From: Squalus acanthias
Taxonomy: Eukaryota
Direction of reading: 5' to 3'
DNA length: 64,000 nucleotides
Assembly (NCBI GenBank): GCA_030390025.1
Contig: CM059452.1
Coordinates: 9,362,001-9,426,000 of the forward strand
Shown: positions 11,390 through 25,864 of the stretch, one piece after another
How positions within the stretch are numbered: position 1 is the first letter of the stretch
Layout: every line of letters begins with the position of its first letter
The notes under the pieces: model-generated
What the model saw: the letters and a program-made list of their open reading frames with translations, nothing else
What the model was told of the DNA's origin: nothing
Database searches by the model: none
Translations under genes and position numbers: made by a program

Positions 11390-13714
11390 AATATATCAGA
11401 ACATAGCTGTATGTTGCAGAATATCACAAGAATAAATGCTTAATCTCCCGCTGAAACAGATCACAAACTGGGCATTTCTCTGCCCATTGGTAGCCGGGCT
11501 CTGAGAGGGCTTGTTTAGGAATTCAAATCAGCACAAATTAAACTGCAGAGTGCGCGGCTGCTAATCGGTAATAAGGGAGCCCATAGTTTCAATCAGGCTC
11601 ACAACTCGGAGAATATTCAAGGAAGTGCAGCGGGATCGAGGCAATTCCACCGATTGTTTTATTTACTTTGCGATTCCCACTGATCTCATTACAGTGTGGG
11701 TGTGGAGGCATTAAAATCTTTCTCCAGCACTTCGTGCAGTGCTGAATAAACCAACTGAATTATCCAGAATTATCTTTATTAGGAATATTTAATTAATTAG
11801 CATATGGATCCTATAATTTTTCTGATCCTATTTTATAATATTGTGAGCAAGGAATTTACCGAAAATCATTCTTTAGATGTTATACCATATAAAATCTTTC
11901 TTTCTTGTAAGAGCGCTGCTGAATAATTTAATGTTCAAATAGTTAAAACCCATCCTGTTTCCCAATTCACATTCACGCCAATCTGCCCCACACAGTATTT
12001 GGCAGCAGCCCAGCCGACTGCCGTCATGGAGGCTCGAACACTCAATGTCATTTACAGGAAGCATCTGGGGTTCTGTGCAGTGAATCAAAGATCTGTTTCC
12101 TCACTACTGACCGCTTGGCTGAAAGCCAACTTCAAACCCTTAACATTGTGATTGAGGCCTATTGATAAACAAATCTGCCCAGCAACAGTACTGGAGTCAA
12201 TTTTAATCATTTAGTTTTGTAACTGTGTGTAAGGTTCCCATCTCTCAGGATAGGAAATATATCCAGCGTCTCAGACAACCTGTCAGCAGCAGCAGTCAGC
12301 TGGAGGGTCAGTCCAGCACNNNNNNNNNNNNNNNNNNNNNNNNNNNNNNNNNNNNNNNNNNNNNNNNNNNNNNNNNNNNNNNNNNNNNNNNNNNNNNNNN
12401 NNNNNNNNNNNNNNNNNNNNNNNNNNNNNNNNNNNNNNNNNNNNNNNNNNNNNNNNNNNNNNNNNNNNNNNNNNNNNNNNNNNNNNNNNNNNNNNNNNNN
12501 NNNNNNNNNNNNNNNNNNNNNNNNNNNNNNNNNNNNNNNNNNNNNNNNNNNNNNNNNNNNNNNNNNNNNNNNNNNNNNNNNNNNNNNNNNNNNNNNNNNN
12601 NNNNNNNNNNNNNNNNNNNNNNNNNNNNNNNNNNNNNNNNNNNNNNNNNNNNNNNNNNNNNNNNNNNNNNNNNNNNNNNNNNNNNNNNNNNNNNNNNNNN
12701 NNNNNNNNNNNNNNNNNNNAGGCAGCCCCTTTACATTTGTGTCAGTATGGCGCCTCCAGTCCTTCCTGATTCTCTGTATCATTTCACTCCATACAGTGTA
12801 CATTTCTAACCAGCTGAACATCATGAAGAGAAGCCTGAAGGTATCCACACGGTACCGATGCTCCTTCTGTGGTGATGGGGAATCTTCATCTCAGAGAAAA
12901 AAGCGAGCACATGTCTGGGTTGAGAAAGGACAAGTGTAATCTTTGGAACATGTGGTCCTTTCATGTACAACAAAGCGCTCAATATATCCTCACCCGAATT
13001 ACTTCAATCAATGCGGAAACATAGCAGATCAACGGGTACATAATTTTTTTTCTTCCCTACCTAAATCCTTGCTCCTCTGTAAGCCTGGTGCAGTCACACC
13101 ATTCTGAACACACGGATAAAAGGAGCATGAACTGTGACTTTCTTTAGCGCCACACAATCATTGCAAGTCATTGCCACAGCGAAATATGTCCCGTGGGTTT
13201 GGACATTGTGGCCGCAAATTGAAATGCCCTTATCTCCTTTAACCGCACTCCCCAGAGCCTTTCCATTCAGTCCATTCATACACTGAATGAATTGTTCACC
13301 AGTTGGGTGGGTAAGGTCAATACATCACTGAGATGTGCTCAGGTTGATGGGGTCACCGGGATGAAGATATATGGTTAGAGTGGACATGGTACATCCTGCA
13401 GACAGAGCTGAGTCGGTGAAGTTGTTGAGTTTGGTGATTTGAATGACAATTTTGGACAAGGTTATTGGTTCAGTTCTCTATGACATGAGAGTAAAGCAGA
13501 TTCTTATTTCTCAGAAGGTTGCACTTTTTGTGCTGCTTGCTTAGGTTCGTGGAGAGCTGGTATCGGGATATGAAGACTGAAATAAGGTGGCATTATGAGA
13601 ATATTTGGAAATTACTTAGCCACGTCATTTTCTGGTCTAAATATATAGCTTCAAACCGTTTCTTAATGCATCAAAGTGCTTTAAAATTAATTGTTAATAT
13701 TGCAGTGTTATTGG

Positions 13715-14135
13715 TGATGTCCGCATGCCCGATACGAGACTCCCAAAACAAGGCTCTACTCGGTGCCCCGACACGGCAAGAGAGCCCCAGGTGGGCAGAG
13801 GAAACGCTTCAAGGAGACCCTCAAAACCTCCTTGAAAAAGTGCAATATCCCCACCGACACCTGGGAATCCCTGGCCCAAGACCGCACAAAGTGGAGGAGA
13901 AGCATCCGGGAAGGCGCCGAATAGCTCGACTCTCTTCGCCGGGAGCAAGCGGAAGCCAAGCGCAAACAGCGGAAGGAGCGCTCGTCAAAGCAAGCACCTC
14001 ACCCACCTGCCCCTTCAACCACCGTCTGCCCCACCTGTGACAGAGACTGTAGGTCCAGCATTGGAATCATCAGTCACCTGAGAACTCATTTTTAGTGTGG
14101 AAGCAAGTCATCCGAGGGACTACCTAAGAAGAAGA
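13715..14135 (+). mobile_element. RTE-clade LINE 3' fragment
   Basis: Frameshifted RMPDTRLPKQ..GKRAPGGQRKRF..LKKCNIPTDTWESLAQDR..CPTCDRDC..ISHLRTH, ending in aagaagaag. Confidence 0.75.
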
Positions 14136-14644
14136 TTGGTGATGTGGTTTTCCGCGAATGGCTTCGAGTTGATTGGTCCCTTGTATAAGAGGCGCTCTCC
14201 CATAGTCGACGGATTATTAATGTGGTTTGTGCACAGTTCCCATTCCCGCTCAATACTTCACACTCAGGAGTAACAAACTGTGTCTGTGCCAACGAACAGA
14301 AATAGCGACAGATGGACGGAGAGAGATTTCCGGACCCATTGGTACTTCCCGTGCCGTCATATTACTAAACAAATAATATTGCTCAATACTGTCGGCCTTC
14401 ATCATGTTTTTCAAAGGCTAAGGGATCGAATCGAGTTTTTCTTAATTGTTAAAAGAGCTTTACTGGAGGGAAGATGGAAAGACTGATGCCTCTGCTAGAG
14501 GAGTCTGCAACCAAAACTTCATCAAATTACAATTATCAATAAGAGAGAGAGAGAGAGGTCAGGAGATATCGGTGTACGGGGTTGTTGGAGCATTGGAATA
14601 CTTTGCCACATAGGATGGCCGAGGCAGAGAACATAAAAGGATGC

Positions 14645-15085
14645 AGTAGTGTTGGGGTAATGTTACTGGATAAGCAATCCCGAGGCCTGGGCTAATAATT
14701 CATCAATTAAAATCCCATCATGGCATTTCAATTCAGATTTTTAAAAGCTGGAAATAAATAATCTGGTGTCAGTTAGACTGATCATGATACTGTGGGATTG
14801 TGGTAAAACCCCAATTGGTTCACTAATGTCCCTTTGGGGAAAGAACCCTGCCGTCCTCATCTGATGTGACCTTTATACGACTGTAGTCCCACAACAACGT
14901 AGTTGACTCTTAACTGTCCTTTGAAGTGGCCTCGCAGGCCCCTCAGTTATAGGAAACTGCTGGAAAGAGCAGAAATGCAGCGGTTGAAGAAGAAGACCCC
15001 ACACCACCTCCTCAAGGGGCAACTAAGGGATGGGCAGTCAACCCCCGCACTTGTCAGGGTTGGCCACATCTCGGGAATTAATTAG
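14645..15085 (+). mobile_element. SINE with LINE-derived 3' tail
   Basis: tRNA-like head; the 3' ~100 bp aligns by eye to the LINE 3' end at ~52060-52170. Confidence 0.65.
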
Positions 15086-15384
15086 AATTGGAAAGTGTTA
15101 ACAGGCAGTGGCATTCATTTCTGATTGCTGCCAGAGATTGATGGGTAGATGTTTGTAGGATAGGATATTAAGGGTTAAGAACCAAGGCGGGTGGATGGAG
15201 TTATGATACAGATTAGCCATGATCTAACTGAATGGCGGAACAGTCTCGGGGGGCTGAATGGCCTCCTCCCGTGTTCCTACTGCTTTATTACTATTGGAAC
15301 AGAAATAAACAAGGTAGAAATTGTCTTTTTTGCTTGGACTAGTTGGCCCGAATGGCCTGTTTCTGTGCTGTATATTCTATGTAA

Positions 15385-18300
15385 ATATTACACTAGGCCC
15401 TGTCTCTGTTTACATTACACTAGACCCTGTCTCTGTTTATATTACACTAGGCCCTGTCTCTGTTTACATTACACTAGACCCTGTCTCTGTTTATATTACA
15501 CTAGGCCCTGTCTCTGTTTATATTACACTTGTCCCTGTCTCTGTTTATATTACACTAGACCGTTTCTCTGTTTATATTACACTAGTTCCTATCTCTGTTT
15601 ATATTACACTAGACCCTGTCTCTGTTTATATTACACGAGACCCTGTCTCTGTTTATATTACACGAGACCCTAACTCTGTTTATATTACACTAGATCCTGT
15701 CTCTATTTATATTACACTAGACCCTGTCTCTGTTTATATTACACTAGGCCCTGTCTCAGTTCTTACTGCAGTAGACCTTGTTTCTGTTTATATTACTCTA
15801 GACGCTGTCTCTGTTTATATTACACTAGTTCCTGTCTCTGTTTATATTACACTAGACACTGTCTCTGTTTATATTATACCAGACCCTGTCTCTGTTTATA
15901 TTACGCGAGACCCTGTCTCTGTTTATATTACACTAGATCCTGTCTCTGTTGATGTTACACTAGACCATGTCTCTGTTTATATTACACTAGACCCTGTCTC
16001 TGCTTATATTACACTAGATCATGTCTCTGTTGATGTTGCACTAGACCCTGTCTCTGTTTATATTACACTAGACCCTGTCTCTGTTTATATTACACTAGGC
16101 CCTGTCTCAGTTATTACTGCAGTAGACCTTGTTTCTGTTTATATTACTCTAGACGCTGTCTCTGTTTATATTACACTAGACCCAGTCTCTGTTTATATTA
16201 CACTAGACCCTGTCTCTGTTTATGTTACACTAGACCCTGTCTCTGTTTATATTACACTGGACCCTGTCTCTGTTTATATTACACTAGACCCTGTCTCTGT
16301 TTATATTACACTAGACCCTGTCTCTGTTTATATTATGCTATACCCTGTCTCTGTTTATATTACATTAGACACTGTCTCAGTTATTACTGCACTAGACCGT
16401 GTCACTGTTTATATTACACTAGACCCCGTCTCTGTTTATATTACACTAGACCCCGTCTCTGTTTATATTACACTAGACCCTGTCTCAGTTTATATTACAC
16501 TAGACCTTGTCTCTGTTTATATTACACTAGATCCTGTCTCTGTTTATATTACACTAGACCCTGTCTCTGTTTATATTACACTGGACCCTTTCTCTGTTTA
16601 TATTACACTAGACCGTTTCTCTGTTTATATTACACTAGACCCTGTCTCTGTTTATATTACACTAGATCCTGTCTGTGTTTATATTACACTGGACCCTTTA
16701 TCTGTTTATATTACACTGGACCGTTTCTCTCTTTATATTACACTAGTTCCTATCTCTGTTTGTATTGCACTAGACCCTGTCTCTGTTTATATTACACTAG
16801 ACCCTGTCTCTGTTTATATTACACTAGACCCTGTCTCTGTTTATATTACACTAGATCCTGTCTGTGTTTATATTACACCAGACCCTGTCTCTGTTTATAT
16901 TACACTAGACCCTGTCTCTGTTTATATTACACTAGACCCTGTCTCTGTTTATATTACACTAGAGCCTGTCTCTGTTTATATTACACAAGACCCTGTCTCT
17001 GTTTATATTACACTAGATCCTATCTCTGTTTGTATTAGACTAGACCCTGTCTCTGTTTATATTACACTAGACACTGTCTCTGTTTATACTACACTATACA
17101 CTGTCTCTCCGTATATTACACTAGAGCCTGTCTCTGTTTATATTACACAAGACCCTGTCTCTGTTTATATTACACTAGATCCTATCTCTGTTTATAATAC
17201 TCTAGACCCTGTCTCTGTTTATATTACACTAGGCCCTGTGTATGTTTATATTACACTAGATCCTGTCTCTGTTTATATTACACTAGACCGTTTCTCTCTT
17301 TATATTACACTAGTTCCTATCTCTGTTTGTATTACACTAGACCCTGTCTCTGTTTATATTACACTAGACACTGTCTCTGTTTATACTACACTATACACTG
17401 TCTCTGCTTATATTACACTAGAGCCTGTCTCTGTTTATATTACACAAGACCCTGTCTCTGTTTATATTACACTAGATCCTATCTCTGTTTATAATACTCT
17501 AGACCCTGTCTCTGTTTATATTACACTAGATCCTGTCTCTGTGTATATTACACTAGACCGTGTCTCTGTTTATATTACACTAGTTCCTATCTCTATTTAT
17601 ATTACACTAGATTCTGTCTCTGTTTATATTACACTAGACCCTGTCTCTGTTTATACTACACTATACACTGTCTCTGCTTATATTACACTAGAGCCTGTCT
17701 CTGTTTATATTACACAAGACCCTGTCTCTGTTTATATTACACTAGATCCTATCTCTGTTTGTATTACACTAGACCCTGTCTCTGTTTATATTACACTAGA
17801 CACTGTCTCTGTTTATACTACACTATACACTGTCTCTCCGTATATTACACTAGAGCCTGTCTCTGTTTATATTACACAAGACCCTGTCTCTGTTTATATT
17901 ACACTAGACCCTGTCTCTGTTTATATTACACTAGACCCTGTCTCTGTTTATATTACACTAGACCCTGTCTCTGTTTATATTACACTAGATCCTGTCTCTG
18001 TTTATATTACACTGGACCCTTTATCTGTTTATATTACACTAGACCGTTTCTCTCTTTATATTACACTAGAGCCTGTCTCTGTTTATATTACACAAGACCC
18101 TGTCTCTGTTTATATTACACTAGATCCTATCTCTGTTTGTATTACACTAGACCCTGTCTCTGTTTATATTACACTAGACACTGTCTCTGTTTATACTACA
18201 CTATACACTGTCTCTCCGTATATTACACTAGAGCCTGTCTCTGTTTATATTACACAAGACCCTGTCTCTGTTTATATTACACTAGATCCTATCTCTGTTT

Positions 18301-21100
18301 ATAATACTCTAGACCCTGTCTCTGTTTATATTACACTAGACCCTGTGTCTGTTTATATTACACTAGATCCTGTCTCTGTTTATATTACACTAGACCCTGT
18401 CTCTGTTTATATTACACTAGATCCTGTCTCTGTTTATATTACACTAGACCCTGTCTCTGTTTATATTACACTAGACACTGTCTTTGTTTATACTACACTA
18501 TACACTGTCTCTGCTTATATTACACCAGAGCCTGTCTCTGTTTATATTACACAAGACCCTGTCTCTTTTTATATTACACTAGATCCTATCTCTGTTTATA
18601 ATACTCTAGACCCTGTCTCTGTTTATATTACACTAGGCCCTGTCTATGTTTATATTACACTAGATCCTGTCTCTGTTTATATTACACTAGACCGTTTCTC
18701 TGTTTATATTACACTAGTTCCTATCTCTGTTTGTATTACACTAGACCCTGTCTCTGTTTATATTACACGAGACCCTGCCTCTGTTTATATTACACTAGAT
18801 CCTGTCTCTGTTGATGTTACACTAGACCCTGTCTCTGTTTATATTACGCTAGACCCTGTCTCTGTTTATATTACACAAGACCCTGTCTCTGTTTATATTA
18901 CACTAGATCCTATCTCTGTTTATAATACTCTAGACCCTGTCTCTGTTTATATTACACTCGATCCTGTCTCTGTTTATATTACACTAGACCGTTTCTCTGT
19001 TTATATTACACTAGTTACTATCTCTATTTATATTACACTATACTCTGTCTCTGTTTATATTATAATAGACCCTGTATCTGTTTATATTACACGAGACCCT
19101 AACACTGTTTATATTACACTAGATCCTGTCTCTATTTATATTACACTAGACCCTGTTCTGTTTATATTACGCTAGACCCTGTCTCTGTTTATATTACACT
19201 AGTCCGTTCTCTGTTTATATTACACTAGTCCTGTCTCTGTTTATATTATACAAGACTCTGTCTCTGTTTATATTACACGAGACCCTGCCTCTGTTTATAT
19301 TACACTAGATCCTGTCTCTGTTGATGTTACACTAGACCCTGTCTCTGTTTATATTACGCTAGACCCTGTCTCTGTTTATATTACACAAGACCCTGTCTCT
19401 GTTTATATTACACTAGATCCTATCTCTGTTTATAATACTCTAGACACTGTCTCTGTTTATATTACACTAGGCCCTGTGTATGTTTATATTACACTAGATC
19501 CTGTCTCTGTTTATATTACACTAGACCGTTTCTCTCTTTATATTACACTAGTTCCTATCTCTGTTTGTATTACACTAGACCCTGTCTCTGTTTATATTAC
19601 ACTAGACACTGTCTCTGTTTATACTACACTATACACTGTCTCTGCTTATATTACACTAGAGCCTGTCTCTGTTTATATTACACAAGACCCTGTTTCTGTT
19701 TATATTACATTGGACCCTGTCTCTGTTTATATTACACTAGATCCTGTCTCTGTTTATATTACACTAGACCGTTTCTCTGTTTATATTACACTAGTTCCTA
19801 TCTCTATTTATATTACACTAGACCCTGTCTCTGTTTATATTATAATAGACCCTGTATCTGTTTATATTACACGAGACCCTAACACTGTTTATATTACACT
19901 AGATCCTGTCTCTATTTATATTACACTAGACCCTGTCTGTATTTATATTACACTAGACCCTGTCTCTGTTTATATTACACTAGACCGTTTCTCTGTTTAT
20001 ATTACACTAGTTCCTGTCTCTGTTTATATTATACAAGACTCTGTCTCTGTTTATATTACACGAGACCCTGCCTCTGTTTATATTACACTAGATCCTGTCT
20101 CTGTTGATGTTACACTAGACCCTGTCTCTGTTTATATTACGCTAGACCCTGTCTCTGTTTATATTACACTAGATCCTGTCTCTGTTTATATTACACTAGG
20201 CCCTGTCTCTTTTTATATTACACTAGACCCTGTCTCTGTTTATATTACATTAGACACTGTCTCAGTTATTACTGCACTAGACCTTGTCACTCTTTACATT
20301 ACACTAGACCCTGTCTCTGTTTATATTACACTAGACCGTTTCTCCATTTATATTACACTAGTTCCTATCTCTGTTTTTATTACACTAGACCCTGTCTCTG
20401 TTTATATTACACTAGACCCTGTCTCTTTTTATATTACACTAGACCCTGTCTCAGTTTATATTACACGAGACCCTGTCTCTGTTTATTTTACACTAGATCC
20501 TGTCTCTGTTTATATTACACTAGACCCTGTCTGTATTTATATTACACTAGACCCTGTCTCTGTTTATATTACACTGGACCATGTCTCTGTTTATATGACA
20601 CTAGACCTTGTTTCTGTTTATATTACACTAGATCCTGTCTCTGTTGATGTTACACTAGACCCTGTCTCTGTTTATATTAAACTAGACCCTGTCTCTGTTT
20701 ATATTACACGAGGCCCTGTCTCAGTTATTACTGCAGTAGACCTTGTTTCTGTTTATATTACTCTAGACGCTGTCTCTGTTTATATTACACTAGACCCTGT
20801 CTCTGTTTATATTACACTAGACACTGTCTCTGTTTATACTACACTATACAATGTCTCTGCTGATATTACACTAGACCCTGTCTCTGTTTATATTACACTA
20901 GACTCTGTTTCTGTTTATATGACACTAGATCCTGTCTCTGTTTATATTACACCAGACCCTATCTCTGTTTATAATACACTAGACCTTGTCTCTGTTTATA
21001 TTACACTAGGCCCTGTCCCTGTTTATATTACACTAGACCCTGTCTCTGTTTATATTACACTAGGCCCTTTCTCAGCTATCATTGTTCTAGACCATATCTC
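15385..21100 (+). repeat. 27-bp satellite array, ~210 copies
   Basis: Unit tattacactagaccctgtctctgttta. It generates the spurious (ITLDPVSVY)n and (YYTRPCLCL)n ORFs. Confidence 0.97.
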
Positions 21101-22079
21101 TGCTGGATGGATAGACAGGTATTAATATAAATAAAGATATATGTGTGAGTGGGCGGGAGGATGCAATCATTTATGGTTGGAAGCATACCTTTACTGTTGT
21201 TCATTAGTATCAGGAGCAGCGTGCAATTTCTAATTGATCTGGTATTTTGGCGGTAATACTTGTGTTTAAAGGATGGGGTGAATCTTGTAACAATCTCCCA
21301 GAGATGAACTGGGATTGAGGGGCAGGACTAAAGGTGAGCAATAGTGCACTGAACTTTGCACTACTTAGTAGCAAGCTCCGTTCTGTTAAAGTTTACTAAT
21401 TGATACTTGTGTTGCAGTGTGCCAATTGCTCACAATTTTTTTAATGTTAAGGATTTTTTTCCTGCATTATTCTCTATTTAGCTTTCACGTCACCCACTGA
21501 TTGTGTGACAGTAGCTGGAACCATGACCTTACAGCACCTCCGCATGGGCGGATGCAGGGTCCTAATGGCCACCTGATCATTTACAATCTGGTTAAGAGGA
21601 ACAACTGAAAAGAGCGCTTACAAAGTGTTTGCTTTATGTGTGAGTGTGAGTGTGTGTATATAAAATACATCATTTTTGATGTTTGCAAGTGCATTCTGCA
21701 ACGATAAATGATTATCTTCACAATTATTTCTCAACATTTTCTTTTATTCAAAATGTAATTGCAAATTGCTTAATATCTTTAACATTTATTAATAACCGAT
21801 TCTCTTGAGTGCTCTTGTTTTGAAAGCGATGTCACTGATCAGTCCGTTACCAAGTCAAGCATGACTGTCCGCAGTATTCAGTTGGAAAGGGGATTAAATC
21901 ACACCGAGGATAATAAGCAGCTACCACCAGTCTCTGCGCATTATTGCCCAGTGATCATCTCAGCATCACACAGAATCTCCTGACAAACACCTCGAGTGTG
22001 TGATGATTGGTGCAAGTGATGGTAAAGATGAACTGTACCTGTACCTGACATGAGGTTCATCAATTTGTAATTATCTGAC

Positions 22080-22690
22080 TATTATTACACTAGACCCTGT
22101 CTCTGTTTATATTACACTAGACCCTGTCTCTCTTTATATTACACTAGGCCCTGTCTCTGTTTATATTACACTAGACCCTGTCTCTGTTTATATTACACTA
22201 GACCCTGTCTCTGTTTATATTACACTAGACCCTGTCTCTGTTTATATTACACTAGACCCTGTCTCTGTTTATATTACACTAGATCCTGTCTCTGTTGATG
22301 TTGCACTAGACCCTGTCTCTGTTTATATTACACTAGACCCTGTCTCTGTTTATATTACACTAGACCCTGTCTCAATTATTACTGCACTAGACAATGTTTC
22401 TGTTAAAAAATGCACTAGATTCTATCTCTGTTTATATTACACTAGGCCCTGTCTCTGTTTATATTACACTAGGCCCTGTCTCAGTTATTACTGCACTAGA
22501 CCTCGTCTGTGTTTATATTACACTAGGCCCCGTCTCAGTTATTATTGCACTAGACCCTGTCTCTGTTTATATTACACGAGACCCTGCCTCAGTTTATATT
22601 ACACTAGTCGCTGTATCAGTAATTATTGCACTGGGCCCTGCCTTATTTGTTACAGCCCTTTACTTTGTTTATATTATAATATGCCTTATC
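22080..22690 (+). repeat. 27-bp satellite array
   Basis: Same unit as 15385-21100. Confidence 0.95.
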
Positions 22691-22714
22691 TCAGGTATCA
22701 TAATAACACAACAA

Positions 22715-23250
22715 ATAACAGCAGGTGTAGTCCATTCGGCCCCACGAGCCAGCTCTGCCATTCAATAAGACCATTACTGATCCGCCACCTCAACTCCACT
22801 TTCCTGCACTGTCCCCATAAACCTTGTTTCCGTTAACATCCAAAAATCTATTGATCTCTACCTTAAATATACTCAACGACTGAGCCCTCACAGCCCTCTG
22901 GGGTGGAGAATTCCTAAGATTCACCACCCTCTGAATGAAGAAATTTCCCCCTCATCTCTGTCCTAAATGGCCGACCCCTTATTCTGTGACTGTGACCCCT
23001 GGTTCTGGACTCCCCAGCCAGGGGAATCATCCTCCCTGCATCTACCCTGTCAAGCCCTGTAAGAATTTTGTATGTTTCAATTGATCACCTCTCATTCTTC
23101 TAAAATCTAGAGAATATAGGCCTCGTCTACTCAATCTCTCCTCGTTGGACAATCCTCCCATCCTATAAATCAGTCTGGTGAACCATCGTTGGACTCTCTC
23201 TATGGCAAGTATATCCTTCCTTAGGTAAGGAGACCAAAACTGTAGGATGC
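22715..23250 (-). mobile_element. CR1 3' fragment
   Basis: QFWSPYLRKDILAIERVQRWFTRLI..RRMRGD and 3' UTR. It abuts a short RTE piece (~23250-23310, minus) and a plus-strand CR1 tail (~23340-23755). Confidence 0.85.
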
Positions 23251-23871
23251 AGGGTGTCCTTGAAGCGTTTCCTCTGCCCACCTGGGGCTCTCTTGCCATG
23301 TCGGGATGAAAGACGTCAGTTACGTGGAGAGACTCGAGAAACTGGTTTTGTTCTCAATAGAGCAGAGAAGTTGAGAGGACAATTAATAGAAGTGTTCAAA
23401 ATTATGAGGAGTTGTGATAGAGTAGATAGCGAGAAATTGTTTCCACTGACACGAGGGTCGGTAACTGGAGGACACAGATTTAAGATAATTTGCAAAAACA
23501 ACAGAAGGGAGAGGGGAGAAATTTGTTGAGGCACTCAGTCGTTATGATCTGTAACGCACTGCCTGGGAGGGTGGTGGAAGCAGATTCAATACTAACTTTC
23601 AAAAGAGAATTGGATATATACTTGAAAAGCAAGAATCTGTAGGGCTATGGGTAAAAAACCGGGGAACTGGACTAATTGGATAGCTCTTTCAAAGAGCCGA
23701 CACAGGCACCATGGCCGAAAGACCTCCTTCTGTGCTGAATGATTCAATGATTCAGCCCGTAGGAATTGCAGTCGATGCTGCAGCTCTCTCTGAACGCACT
23801 GAAACACATCACCGCCAAAACAGACCGCAGGCAGCTTTAGTACGAGAGGAGAACTAGGTCATATCTCTGTG

Positions 23872-24336
23872 TCGGAGCGATGGGGCGAATCCACAGATGT
23901 ACAGCGCCGTGTCACTCAGCTGGAGATCAGTGACGGTTAAAATAGACACTTCTGAGCATGTCTTTAATTCAGAAGTGAAGCGATTCCCAATATTTTTTGC
24001 CTTTCCCCAACTGTTTCTCTAACTTCTCCACACGATCATCTCCGGGGGTGTATCAGGATACTTTCGGCACAATACAGGTCGTACCAGCCTGCTGTTGTTG
24101 AATAGCTACATTGCGTTCTGAAAGTCTGTCTCATTTTCCGAACTGCAGCCGACCAATCCTGAGACAGAGAATCGCCCTGACTCAGATCTGGTGGAAAGAC
24201 TGAAAATATTGATTGGAGGTTAATTGTGTGTTTAATATGAAACTTTGTTTAACGTAGCTTTGTACAATAACATCCTTTAAAGATTTACCAAATGTTAAAC
24301 AGGTGAGGGTAGTCAAAAGTTGAATTTGAAATGCAT
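23872..24336 (-). pseudogene. TRAV/TRDV: TCR alpha/delta V pseudogene (leader 24289-24336, exon 23872-24187)
   Basis: GDSLSQDWSAAVRKMRQTFRTQCSYSTT, a frameshift at the conserved Trp, an in-frame TAG, then LTVTDLQLSDTALYICGF. RSS CACAGAG-23-ACTAAAGCT at 23833-23871. The leader is also out of phase. Confidence 0.88.
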
Positions 24337-25864
24337 GATCTCCGACAATCCCAGCCAGTGTGGGCCTCTCCGGGTCGAGCTGATTTCCAATACTCTCTCC
24401 TTTGCTGGGAAGCTGATCCAGTCTTTGCACTGAGCAGCTCGCGGCAATATTCTTCAATGACAAATCACGTGCTCCAGGTTAAACCAATTGGGAGCGTCCG
24501 TTAACGGTCCTTGCGATGATTGGATATATGAGAGAGAGAGACTCAGTTTGATTGGATAAATAGAAGTGAAATGTTAATGCATTCTCGGGCTGCAGGTGTC
24601 GCTGGCGAGGCCGTCTTTATTGCCGGTCCCCCGTTGTCCTGAAATGGGGACTCCAGTCCAGTCCCACACCAATGTGGTTGACTCTTTGCTGCCTTATGAA
24701 GCGGCCCAGCAAGACCGTCAGTTGTATCAGTGCAAGTAGAAGATGGAATGTACATGCCGGTCTTGCCAGCGACGTCCACATGAATTAAAAACACGAATTA
24801 AAAAATGTTCCTGAACCAAATCAACACGTGACTGACATCACCTCACACTGATCATTGTATTCGCTCCCCTTCCTTCACCGTCAGTGGTCGTTCATTAAAG
24901 TATATAGAATTCTCGGTGTCACCATCTTGCTTTTTAAACAAATATTGTACCAATTTGGTGACTTGACGGTTCCTCTGTTTCAGATCTTCAAATCAGGAAT
25001 TTGGTTTAGATCGTACCCTTTTCCATTGCAATAATTTCCCGCAGCCAAATGGTTCCTCATATCCAGTTGACAAACTCCATCTGAAACTAAGGTGGGGTCT
25101 TCACTGAGCGGAAGGATGGAGTCCTGCCGCCCCCTGGTGGCTGGCCCAAACATTGCACGCGGTGCAACGGGACAGACTCTTAAGAAAATACCAGATGACA
25201 AGAAGAAAGGTGAATTTCGCCGTGTTCTGGCAATTAGAGGTTAACCAAGAAATAAACGGCGCTTGATAGATAAGGTGATGCTAGTAACACGAATAAAACA
25301 AGTTTCAAAATTTAGATTAATCAAAATAACCATGATAGGTGGTTTATTCAGGTACAAATCAGTCTAAATATGTAACTCAATGGTTACTTGACCACACACC
25401 AGAATTGCTTTGGGGAATCTGAACACACTGGATGAGGCTTTATGTAAATACAAATTTTTGATCATATTTCCTGCAGACATTCAGCGCGTTCCCTCGGTGT
25501 TATAGACCTGCCGCTGGGTTTGCCTGGTGTGTACAGCTCCTTGAACGGCTGGAAAACAATGTCAAATTGTTTGGGCAGTGTTTCTGCCGCAATATCTAAA
25601 ATTTATGAACTGGTATAAATTTTCTAAACACATCTTTTCATTATGCTCAGGATGTATTCAACCCAGAAGCACCAGAGGGAAGTTTCCCCGATGCCTATCA
25701 GTTGCTCCCTGCTTGCTGTTTATTTGGGTATATTTTAAATCAGCACCTTCTGGTCACAAGTTTAGAAAGTCCCCGTTTCTCTCCACACTGCCCGCTATCC
25801 CGCTGACCTTGTTATGTTCCAGCAGTGTTTTTGTACGAGGCTCCCTCTGGTTTCAGTCACTGTG

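Noticed and set aside
12207-12848. ORFs spanning N runs (also 61272-62379)
   Set aside because: Artefacts of assembly gaps.
13090-13400. Faint Ig C1-like words on the minus strand (TIYLHP..LVNN..NGK..GTYFAV)
   Set aside because: Needs several frameshifts, lacks correctly placed Cys/Trp and lies upstream of the VH. A profile-HMM search would be needed.
15321-21125. 1284-aa and 549-aa ORFs (ITLDPVSVY repeats) and the Cys/Tyr-rich ORFs here and at 58340-59278
   Set aside because: They are translations of a 27-bp (9-codon) satellite that is stop-free in some frames and occurs in both orientations.
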